Position numbers and translations under genes: made by a program
The notes under the pieces: generated by a model
Database searches by the model: none
What the model was told of the DNA's origin: nothing
Seen by the model: only the letters and a program-made list of their open reading frames with translations
Assembly: GCA_965203805.1 (NCBI GenBank)
Contig: OZ241917.1
Location: 224,001-288,000, forward strand
DNA length: 64,000 nt
DNA from: Candidatus Latescibacterota bacterium
Lineage (GTDB): Bacteria; Latescibacterota; UBA2968; GCA-2709665
Direction: 5' to 3'
Shown: piece after piece, positions 19,266-27,876 of the stretch
How the letters are laid out: each line of letters opens with the position of its first letter
How positions within the stretch are numbered: the stretch's first letter is position 1

Positions 19266-22200
19266 GTGAAACTTCCCGAGGGCCGGGTGCCAGGTCGCCT
19301 GTTCTGCTGTGTAGTGTGGAATGCAGGTTTATTCAATACTCCAATTATCCATCCAGGAGGTATTATTACACTCTGTAATGAAGAGAATACCATTGCTGTT
19401 CTCCTGGCTACGTCCAACCGGACATATCTGCTGAAGAACCGGGCGCTTCCATCGATCGAGCAGCAGTCCCGTCCCCCGGCCCGGGTGATCATCGTCGATG
19501 ACTCGGGCGATGAGGCTGCCGCCGAACGAACCGGGCTGATAGTCCGGCAATGGCAACGGGCCCGAATGGATGTGGATTTTCTACACAACCGGCGCACGAA
19601 GGGGGCCGCAGGTGCGTGGAACTCAGGTTTAGATCACCTGCTGCGAACATGCTGTGACCCAAGACAACAGTACGTCGCAATCTTGGACGACGATGATCAG
19701 TGGCATCCCCACCATCTGCGCACATGTCTGGCGACCGCCGAGAAAAAAAGCCTTGACATGGTCGCGGCTCCGTTTCTTCGGGTGGAAGAGAACGCCAAGA
19801 CCCTCTTGACGTCTCCGCCAGCATCACTCGATGCGGCGAACTTCTTGGTCGGTAATCCCGGTATCCAAGGCAGTAATCTGGTTTGTCGCCTGAGCGTGTT
19901 ACTTGAAGCAGGTCTGTTCGATGAATCGCTGCCGAGTTGTACCGATCGCGATCTATGCATCCGCATCGCGGAGTTGCCCGGCGTTCGGTACGGTTCCACC
20001 ACGGAACCGACTGTCCATCACTTTGCTTGCGAGTCAAGACCTCGATTGTCAACACCCGGGTCGCACGACAAGGTCAGGGGGCTGGATCGATTCTTCCGCA
20101 AGTACAAGGGGCGTATGTCCGATGTCGAGAAAGTAGCGTTTTGCGCCCGCGCCGAGAGACTTTTCGGATGGAAGGAATCGCCGCAATCACCCGAAGCTGA
20201 AGGTCGTCTGCACGGCGGCCGACTGTCATCAGCCTCTCCAACACTGGCGCCACGTCAGGCACCGCCCCACTTGGTCGTCGGGGTGGTTGCCGACAATGCC
20301 AGGCACAAGGAGGTGGGAAATCTTCTCGACGATCTTCACGGGTTGGCCGATGCGACTGACTTATCGGGCTACGACGTCTTAGTCTTGGAGAACGGCGACG
20401 ATGGGACGCCCAGCGACGAACTACGTACACTAATCGAGCGCGAGCGTAGTAACGGTCTGAGTATCCATTTTATGGACCGTGCGCGGCATTTGCAAGATGC
20501 CACGAGCGGACGGGTTCTCGACGGTGGCGTGAGTAAGGAAGTTAGGTTGTCAATCGCCCATGCGCGGACGGTATTGCAGACGTACCTGTACGCATTCGCT
20601 AAAAGACGGCCAGGTGCGGTGGTTTGGATCATCGATGACGACATGCGGCTCGACCCGTTGTTCATTGAGAAAAATGGAAGCCTACAACGGCGAGCAAATA
20701 AGATTGCACCGATACTCCGAGAGCTTCGCCGACTCCGTGCCGGTGGGATCGTCGATATCGCAATCGGGACGTACACTGGAGCGGCGCCTTTGCCGTCTTT
20801 CGCAACCGTACGTGTTCAGGTCGTCGATTTGATCGCGTCGCTATGGTGGCTGGCGTCCCAGAAATCTACAGACTGCCTTCCGGATCGAGGGATGGAGAAC
20901 GCCACGTGGCGGTCCGGCCGGCGCGACTACTATTACGATCTGTCGCGCAAAGAGACAGATCGATTGGAAGCCCCGTTCTGGATCACGCCCGCGTTTCCCG
21001 GTGAAAAGGTCGGTTCAGCGTTCGTGCGCGTAGCTGGCATTGCGGAGCGGATCCTCGCTGGCGAGCAGGTCTTCCGGCCTCTTGCATTGGAGGCCAATCT
21101 CAATCCTCTCGATTTGATCGGTGAAGGGCTTCAGCGAGGCGGCAATACCTTTGTGCTCGATGTCGAATCTCTGAAGCTGGCCCCTAATCCATCACCGATC
21201 ATCGACGGGCGACCGAGCCGCCGTGCTGACATGATTTGGGCGTTGCTGCAGAAACGCTACTTCAGCCGTCAGATCGTCACCTTGCCGTTCGGCCTGTTTC
21301 ACGACAGATCACATGTCGCCGCCGCCGAATTGGATGTCGCCGACATCGTCGACGATATACGTGGATACGCGATGTTCTCAGCGCTTGAGGACATTCCTGG
21401 GGTATTCAAGATCACCACGGATGACCGGGGCATTCGTTTGTCCGAAGAAATGGTCGTTTGTTTCGCTCAGCGCGTCCACAAATACCTCGAAGAACGGCGG
21501 GCCGCATTTCGCCTTTCATTCTACCGAATCCGCGGTCTGATCCGTGTCTTACGAAGGCTAATGGACGACCCAGAAAATTGGTGGCAGGGAGTTGAATATC
21601 GAACTGCGGTAAGACAACTTCGGACGTTTTCCGAACGCTTGGCCGATTTCTACAAGATGGAGACTCTGAATCGCATTGAACGCGGAACTGAGGAACTTGA
21701 TGCACGCCGCATCGCCGAGTTTCTTGAACATCTGCCAATCGAAATTGAGAGCCATAGAAGGCGGCTTTCGGATATCTCGGCTCTGGTTCACAGCCTTGAG
21801 GGCGACAGGATCGCGAACGCCAAGGCCATTGCCACGCGACTGGCAGTACCCATCGGTGTGCTTAAGGTATTGGGATGCGGCATGGAGGGAGTAGCCCTCA
21901 CCGATGGCACCAGGGTATTTAAAGTCTTCGATTACTGGTGGAAGCGTTCTCACAAACTCTCGGCCCCTGCGTTCCTGCGTTCGCTTGTCGGCGCCTGGAA
22001 GGACACGCACGCTCTCTATCCGCTTCATGATTTCGTCGAGTCGGGACATCAAAAGGTGCTGACGTACTCTTATGAAGTCAGCACACCTTACAAGGGCGGT
22101 CACGGGCCCTCCATGGTTAATCTGGTCGCCGAATGTCGCCGGCATGGTATCGTTTGTCGAAACATCGATCCAGACAACCTGCGTGTAGTTAATGGACGGA

Positions 22201-24647
22201 TTCGGCTGATCGACTACGGTTCGGACATCCACCCATTCGATGAAGATGAATTCCATACGATGTGCCAGCGCGCTTGGCTATCATATCGCTGGGCTGACCG
22301 TTCAAACTTAAAAAACATCATGCGCGAGGCGCTGACGGACGAGAAAATACCTGAACTCGATGGTTTTGAGCGGTTCTACGAGGCAATTCGAAAGGTTACA
22401 GGTCAGCATGAAACGCCGAAGGATGTTGTGCTGAATTTTGTTGAGAAAGCCGAGCGAATTCTCGACTACGGGTGTGGCAAGGGATGGCTTGCCCGAGAAA
22501 TTTCGGACATGGGCAGGGATGTCTTTGGTTACGATCCTGGAGAAGCATACAAGTCGCGTTGGGAGTCACTCTGTCGGAAACGTGAAAACCTACGATTTGC
22601 GGATGATCTGAGTGACGCGTTGGCGGCGGGTCCATTTGATCTTGTTGTTTGCCGTCGTGTGCTTTGCACGATTGAAGACAACGAAGAATTTAGGACGATT
22701 CTCAGCGATTTGCGAAATCTGGTCAGCGAGAGTGGTCGGGTATTGGTTACCGTTTGTGACCCAAATTTCACGTTCGGTGGTTCGACACCTGAGGCTGACC
22801 GTGAACTGCCCCCTGATGCCCGTTACGAGAGTGTCTTCAGGTGGCTCAAGAGGGTGCGCGAAACCGGCAGGGTGCGCCTCGAGGTGCACCGACCCGAGCG
22901 GATGCTTCGGCGAGAATTTGCTCTGGCAGGTCTGGCGGTGTGTCGCCGTGTCGAAGTACCTACAATTGATCTTGAGCGATTCGAACCATCGTCGGACCAG
23001 TTAGTCTTTGAACTCAGCCCAATAGCGCCACTGCCCGGCGAGGTCACGCTAATGATCAAGGCATGTGGCATGGAAGCTGCTACTTTGGATGTGCAGGTTC
23101 GCCACCTTGTTTCACAACTGGAGACCTCGAGGGCTTTTACCGAGCGAATTCTGGTAATCGACTCCCGTGAAGATGAATTCCTTAGGCAACACACCATTGG
23201 GAACTTGGCCGATTTGTATAATGCGGCGCGTCGTTTGGAGCAAGCAGGATGGATCGACCGGATTGTTGACGGGCCGAATGACGTCGACGACACGGTATTG
23301 CTAAACAAGCGGTGGTTCGGAATTCCCTGTCGTACGGCTCACGCTTACAGCGGCGCTCAGATCGCCTCTACGCTGAACGGATTCGATGCATGTTCCACCC
23401 GGTACGTCCTCCAATTGGACGTTGACGTCATGGTTGGCCGACTGGACCGTAGTCATGATTATCTAGCGGAAATGCTTTCAGTGTTGCAGCGCGATCCGGA
23501 AGCGGTCACGGTATCTTTCAATGTAGCGATGGACCATGATCGGCCCTATACGGAAGCGGGAGAGACGGGGGCGTGGCGTGTGGAGGTGCGCGCAGGATTG
23601 ATAGATCTCCAACGTCTTTTCGACGCTCGGCCGCTACCGAACCGGCTCCGCGGAGAACGTCTGGAATTTCACTGGTACCGAGCCCTAGATCGGCAGATCG
23701 CGCAGGGTAGGGGTCGTTCATATCGCGGCGGCGACCGTCGAACCTACTTCGTGCACCCGCCCAATGTTCGCAAGCGCAATATTACTGAGTGGTTCGCAAT
23801 ACTCGACCGCATTGAACACGGTGTGGTCCCGTGCGTTCAATTTGGAAACGTGGATTGGGTCGGCGACAAGGTGAGCTGGATGGGACCGCAGCGGTTAGAA
23901 CAGTTCGTCTTTGTGGTATCGGGTCGTAACGTGCAGCCGGGGCGGTTTCGTCGTTGCATCGAGTCATTGGCTAGACAGAAAGGGGCACAATGGGGCGCCG
24001 TGGTTATTGATGACGGATCGGACCCGATGTTTGCCGAACACTTTGAGATCGCTTGCCGGCCGCTCGTAGAGCGTTGCACGGTCATTCGTAACCGCCGTCG
24101 TTGTGGATTGCTCGTCAACATGGTAACTGCAATTAGGCAGTTATGTGCCGATCCCGAATCGGTCATTGTAACTCTCGATTCTGACGATGCCCTGATCGGC
24201 GATCGCGTTCTGGAAAGACTTGCAGCAGAGTACGATCGGGGAGCCGACGTGACAGTTGGTACAATGCTGCGGATCGACAAGGACGCCAATTATCCGGTTT
24301 GTTTCGATCAGCCGCGGCGACACCGTGGAGGAAACGTTTGGCAGCACCTTCGGTCGTTCAAAAAACGGCTTTTCGATGCCATTCCTGACGATGCACTTCG
24401 GCTCGATGGAGACTATATCGACCTCGCCAATGACTGGGCGTACATGCTGCCGATTGTGGAGATGGCAGACATGCCCGTACATATTGCTGAACCACTTTAT
24501 CTTTACGAACCTTCAAGGATTTGGAAAGGAGCTGATCGAGCACTTCGCGAGGAAGTCATCGCACGCATCGCCGCCAAGGACACGGTGTACCAAGACGAGA
24601 CGTGCAATGCGTACAGCGAAAAAATCGACGCAAGGGTCAGGCGATAA
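19266..24647 (+). CDS. Giant multidomain protein: GT2 + GT-A-like + protein-kinase-like + SAM methyltransferase + GT-A-like + GT2
   Basis: IIVDDS/AILDDDD (~19,686); VLEN/WIIDDD (~20,634); LGCGMEG..VFK, RNIDPDN, IDYG (~21,870-22,220); ILDYGCGKG (~22,460); LQLDVD (~23,410); VIDDGS/LDSDD (~24,000-24,190). True start uncertain. Confidence 0.8.
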   Translation: MKLPEGRVPGRLFCCVVWNAGLFNTPIIHPGGIITLCNEENTIAVLLATSNRTYLLKNRALPSIEQQSRPPARVIIVDDSGDEAAAERTGLIVRQWQRARMDVDFLHNRRTKGAAGAWNSGLDHLLRTCCDPRQQYVAILDDDDQWHPHHLRTCLATAEKKSLDMVAAPFLRVEENAKTLLTSPPASLDAANFLVGNPGIQGSNLVCRLSVLLEAGLFDESLPSCTDRDLCIRIAELPGVRYGSTTEPTVHHFACESRPRLSTPGSHDKVRGLDRFFRKYKGRMSDVEKVAFCARAERLFGWKESPQSPEAEGRLHGGRLSSASPTLAPRQAPPHLVVGVVADNARHKEVGNLLDDLHGLADATDLSGYDVLVLENGDDGTPSDELRTLIERERSNGLSIHFMDRARHLQDATSGRVLDGGVSKEVRLSIAHARTVLQTYLYAFAKRRPGAVVWIIDDDMRLDPLFIEKNGSLQRRANKIAPILRELRRLRAGGIVDIAIGTYTGAAPLPSFATVRVQVVDLIASLWWLASQKSTDCLPDRGMENATWRSGRRDYYYDLSRKETDRLEAPFWITPAFPGEKVGSAFVRVAGIAERILAGEQVFRPLALEANLNPLDLIGEGLQRGGNTFVLDVESLKLAPNPSPIIDGRPSRRADMIWALLQKRYFSRQIVTLPFGLFHDRSHVAAAELDVADIVDDIRGYAMFSALEDIPGVFKITTDDRGIRLSEEMVVCFAQRVHKYLEERRAAFRLSFYRIRGLIRVLRRLMDDPENWWQGVEYRTAVRQLRTFSERLADFYKMETLNRIERGTEELDARRIAEFLEHLPIEIESHRRRLSDISALVHSLEGDRIANAKAIATRLAVPIGVLKVLGCGMEGVALTDGTRVFKVFDYWWKRSHKLSAPAFLRSLVGAWKDTHALYPLHDFVESGHQKVLTYSYEVSTPYKGGHGPSMVNLVAECRRHGIVCRNIDPDNLRVVNGRIRLIDYGSDIHPFDEDEFHTMCQRAWLSYRWADRSNLKNIMREALTDEKIPELDGFERFYEAIRKVTGQHETPKDVVLNFVEKAERILDYGCGKGWLAREISDMGRDVFGYDPGEAYKSRWESLCRKRENLRFADDLSDALAAGPFDLVVCRRVLCTIEDNEEFRTILSDLRNLVSESGRVLVTVCDPNFTFGGSTPEADRELPPDARYESVFRWLKRVRETGRVRLEVHRPERMLRREFALAGLAVCRRVEVPTIDLERFEPSSDQLVFELSPIAPLPGEVTLMIKACGMEAATLDVQVRHLVSQLETSRAFTERILVIDSREDEFLRQHTIGNLADLYNAARRLEQAGWIDRIVDGPNDVDDTVLLNKRWFGIPCRTAHAYSGAQIASTLNGFDACSTRYVLQLDVDVMVGRLDRSHDYLAEMLSVLQRDPEAVTVSFNVAMDHDRPYTEAGETGAWRVEVRAGLIDLQRLFDARPLPNRLRGERLEFHWYRALDRQIAQGRGRSYRGGDRRTYFVHPPNVRKRNITEWFAILDRIEHGVVPCVQFGNVDWVGDKVSWMGPQRLEQFVFVVSGRNVQPGRFRRCIESLARQKGAQWGAVVIDDGSDPMFAEHFEIACRPLVERCTVIRNRRRCGLLVNMVTAIRQLCADPESVIVTLDSDDALIGDRVLERLAAEYDRGADVTVGTMLRIDKDANYPVCFDQPRRHRGGNVWQHLRSFKKRLFDAIPDDALRLDGDYIDLANDWAYMLPIVEMADMPVHIAEPLYLYEPSRIWKGADRALREEVIARIAAKDTVYQDETCNAYSEKIDARVRR

Positions 24648-24898
24648 GGATTATTTTCGTTGTAGCGGTTATTTTGCGGGAACCATGCCGCGAACTCTTC
24701 TGTTATGATTCAGACGAAAAATGGGCTTTTTCGGTTTATGTATAAGCCATAAGTTGGACTCAATAGATGGAGGAGTCCGTATCGAAGAAGCGGTAGCAGT
24801 AAAGCCTATTGCCGCAAGCTATCACGGGGTTTTTATAGTTGATATAATAATCCTGTGTAGGAGGAGCGAGATATTTCAATTATTCTACGTTCGAACAG

Positions 24899-25177
24899 AT
24901 GCTAATCAAACTTACTATCCGCATATCTAGACGCTTCCGAGAGGTTGAGATCGAATTGGGGAGTCCGGCGGGCTTCATCGGACCCAACAACTCGGGCAAG
25001 ACCTTGGCCATGCAGGGGCTGGCGTTATGGGACATTGGGCTGATGCGCTGGAATGAGAAGCGCTCCGGCAAGAGTTCACCCGAGAAACCCCCGGGAGTCA
25101 CGATATACCGGTGTGAACTCGTTCACTGCGTCCCCGAACCGAAATTCGGATTGAACTCGACGCAATTTCGGATGTAG
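24899..25177 (+). pseudogene. Truncated AAA/ABC ATPase (N-terminal fragment only)
   Basis: IKLTIR..RRFREVEIEL...FIGPNNSGKT Walker A. Ends after ~90 aa with no Walker B. Confidence 0.7.
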
Positions 25178-25208
25178 CCGATAGTGCGATTTCTGCAGGA
25201 GATTCAAC

Positions 25209-26936
25209 ATGAATCTTACAGCCTTCAGTATCGCTAACTTCAAGGCCTTCGCCGATGCTCAACGCATTCCGCTACGGCCCATCACATTGATCTACGGCGC
25301 TAACAGTGCCGGAAAATCGAGTGCGATTCATGCGCTCGCACTTGCGCATCACGCTATCGAGACCGGAGACCTCGACGTACAGCGGACCCGTATCGGTGGC
25401 GAGTCCATTGATCTTGGCGGTTTCCAACAGTACGTACATCGGCGTGAACACACCAGAGACGTCGAACTCGGTTTCGAATTGGATCCAACCGGCCTCGTCG
25501 ATCGCCTTCCGGATTCGCTGGACTCGACGTACAAGATCGAGGCGGAACTGACAATCGGAGAAGCGGATGGCGGCGTAAGAACTGCATCATCAGGTAGTCG
25601 TACTCGCGGCGTGTGCCTTCATCGCTTTGTGCTGAACATTGATGATGCAGAGTTGCTTTCCATGAGCGCCAGGCGTGGGGGGCTGATGGGCATGAATCGA
25701 ATTGACCACGAACATCCGGTCCTTCGGGATCTTTTTCGTCGCCAACTGTTGCAGGTTACGGAGAGTCGAGAAAATCTCGATACAGACGTCGCCAATCTCC
25801 ACCAAATGCTCAGGCTGCTGGTCCCCAATATCACGGCCACGTCCGGAGGAATATTCCCTCGAATAAGAAAGGAGTTTGCCGGTAATGATCTGTATGGGAG
25901 CAGGCGGGAGGACACCGTACGTGCAATCGTACCAATCGACGCGATAAACGATCTCATGGTGGGACTTGGCACGGCCCTTGAGGACGAATTAGATAGACTC
26001 CGCTACCTTGGCGCGTTAAGATCGTATCCTCCCAGACATCATGTCTTTTCACAGCACGATGATCCAAACAGGTACGCTGGTGGCGGCTATGCCTGGGACG
26101 TAGTTCGTGATAATCCGGAAGTGCGTAGACTCGTTAATGAATGGCTGGGTGACTCAGAACGGCTGAAGACACCTTACGAACTCCAGGTACGTGATTTGCT
26201 ATCGACAGACATGGTGTCCCGCGATGTGCGAGGAAAGATTCGCAAGGCGCTACACGATCTTCTAACGTCACTTCTCAGCCGAATGGACGCACAGGAACTC
26301 ATCAAATTGAAGGTCCTGGCTGATCGTCTTGCCGAGCGAATCGTAGAACTTGACCCGGAGGATGAGGAGGATTTGATCCCCGATATTGAGGAACTCGTAT
26401 CGTCGTTAAGCGACGAAGACCAGGTGTCCGAGCGGTGGGTTGAGGAGATGGTAGCGGCGCGGTCTGAAGCCCTAAAACAGCTCGTTCTCATCGACAAACG
26501 CACCGGCACCCCGATTAGTCACCGTGACGTGGGAATCGGTGTGAGCCAGGTGCTGCCGGTTCTGGTCTCGGCCTACGCATCGAAAAACAAACTACTGGCA
26601 ATCGAACAGCCGGAAATCCACCTCCATCCGGCGCTTCAGGCCGAGTTGGGCGATGTATTTCTGCAGTCGGCGTTGGGCGACAGCGACAATACATTCCTCA
26701 TTGAAACACACAGTGAACACTTGCTGCTGCGCATCATGCGACGCATGCGGGAGACGGACGCTGGCGAATTGGATGATTCATTGCCGGACGTGCATCCGGA
26801 CGACGTGATGGTACTATTCGTCGAGCCAGACGGACCACAAAGTATCGTCCGCCAGATGCCCCTCAACGAACGTGGAGAGTTGGTCAAGGCCTGGCCTGGT
26901 GGCTTTTTCGAGGAAGGAATAAGGGAAATCTTCTGA
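25209..26936 (+). CDS. ABC-type ATPase, AAA_15/AAA_21 with DUF3696 C-terminus
   Basis: NFKAF, GANSAGKS, DVGIGVSQVLP, IEQPEIHLHP, IETHSEH, WPGGFFEE. Confidence 0.9.
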   Translation: MNLTAFSIANFKAFADAQRIPLRPITLIYGANSAGKSSAIHALALAHHAIETGDLDVQRTRIGGESIDLGGFQQYVHRREHTRDVELGFELDPTGLVDRLPDSLDSTYKIEAELTIGEADGGVRTASSGSRTRGVCLHRFVLNIDDAELLSMSARRGGLMGMNRIDHEHPVLRDLFRRQLLQVTESRENLDTDVANLHQMLRLLVPNITATSGGIFPRIRKEFAGNDLYGSRREDTVRAIVPIDAINDLMVGLGTALEDELDRLRYLGALRSYPPRHHVFSQHDDPNRYAGGGYAWDVVRDNPEVRRLVNEWLGDSERLKTPYELQVRDLLSTDMVSRDVRGKIRKALHDLLTSLLSRMDAQELIKLKVLADRLAERIVELDPEDEEDLIPDIEELVSSLSDEDQVSERWVEEMVAARSEALKQLVLIDKRTGTPISHRDVGIGVSQVLPVLVSAYASKNKLLAIEQPEIHLHPALQAELGDVFLQSALGDSDNTFLIETHSEHLLLRIMRRMRETDAGELDDSLPDVHPDDVMVLFVEPDGPQSIVRQMPLNERGELVKAWPGGFFEEGIREIF

Positions 26937-27866
26937 GTGCCGCTTCTTGCCGATTACGCAATTACGCCTGATGTGTTCGACCCCACGTCTTACTCCAACG
27001 AGGAAATCGGACGTCTGCACCTCCGTGAAATTGGCGAAGTAATGAGGACCGAGGGTGTCGTTCGCGATCTCCGTTCTGGGGAATGGCGCCGACTCTTCGC
27101 TTCCGACGTACGGCCCTGGCATCGAACCGGTAAGGAATTGGTAAGGAAACTTGCGGCTCAAGGAAGACTGATTGAATTCCAACCGGCATTGGGTAACGTC
27201 CCTGCGGATGATGCCGGCTGGTGCGCAGAAGCGCTCGCGACACAGGCGGTGATGTCCCTCACGGGTGGCATCATTGCGACGGAGCCGGTGAAAGACCTCT
27301 ATCGGTCAGAATCGTTGGTAGCACGCATCGACCGGCTTGACAGCGCGGACTGGTGGCAGAATCGCAGTTCTTCCGTTCGTCTTCCCCGCAGCCTGACGGC
27401 TTATCAGCAGCATCTCGAACCGATTCTCCGCTGTGCGAACTCACTGCAGTTCATCGATCCACACCTGGATCCGACGTTAGGACGATACAGGGAATTCGGG
27501 GACCTCCTTGATGTTATTGGTGCGCCAGTGATCGAAATTCACCGCGTGTGTTACTATGGGACCGGCAGCAGTCGCAGGATTCCCGATCTCGCCGAGTGGG
27601 AGAAACACTTCCGCGCCGGGCTTGATGCTTCCCTACGATCCGCAAATCTCCGGGCAGAGATCTTCATTTGGGATAACTTCCACGACCGTTACCTGATCAG
27701 CAATCTGATTGGCATCTCGCTGCCGAATGGCTTCGATACGACGAGCATCCCTAATGACAGAACCACCTGGACCCGCCTTGGTAGGCGCGACCGCGACGAC
27801 ATACAGCGCGAGTTCGATCCCGCCAGCAGACACCATACACTACATGGGCAATTCAGCATACCGTAG
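26937..27866 (+). CDS. Putative PLD-like (HDR-motif) nuclease partner of the ATPase
   Basis: GTG start directly abuts the ATPase stop. FIDPHL and FHDRYLIS resemble the DPY/HDR motifs of MIT_C-like PLD-fold domains. Confidence 0.55.
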   Translation: MPLLADYAITPDVFDPTSYSNEEIGRLHLREIGEVMRTEGVVRDLRSGEWRRLFASDVRPWHRTGKELVRKLAAQGRLIEFQPALGNVPADDAGWCAEALATQAVMSLTGGIIATEPVKDLYRSESLVARIDRLDSADWWQNRSSSVRLPRSLTAYQQHLEPILRCANSLQFIDPHLDPTLGRYREFGDLLDVIGAPVIEIHRVCYYGTGSSRRIPDLAEWEKHFRAGLDASLRSANLRAEIFIWDNFHDRYLISNLIGISLPNGFDTTSIPNDRTTWTRLGRRDRDDIQREFDPASRHHTLHGQFSIP

Positions 27867-27876
27867 GCCAGTGTAA

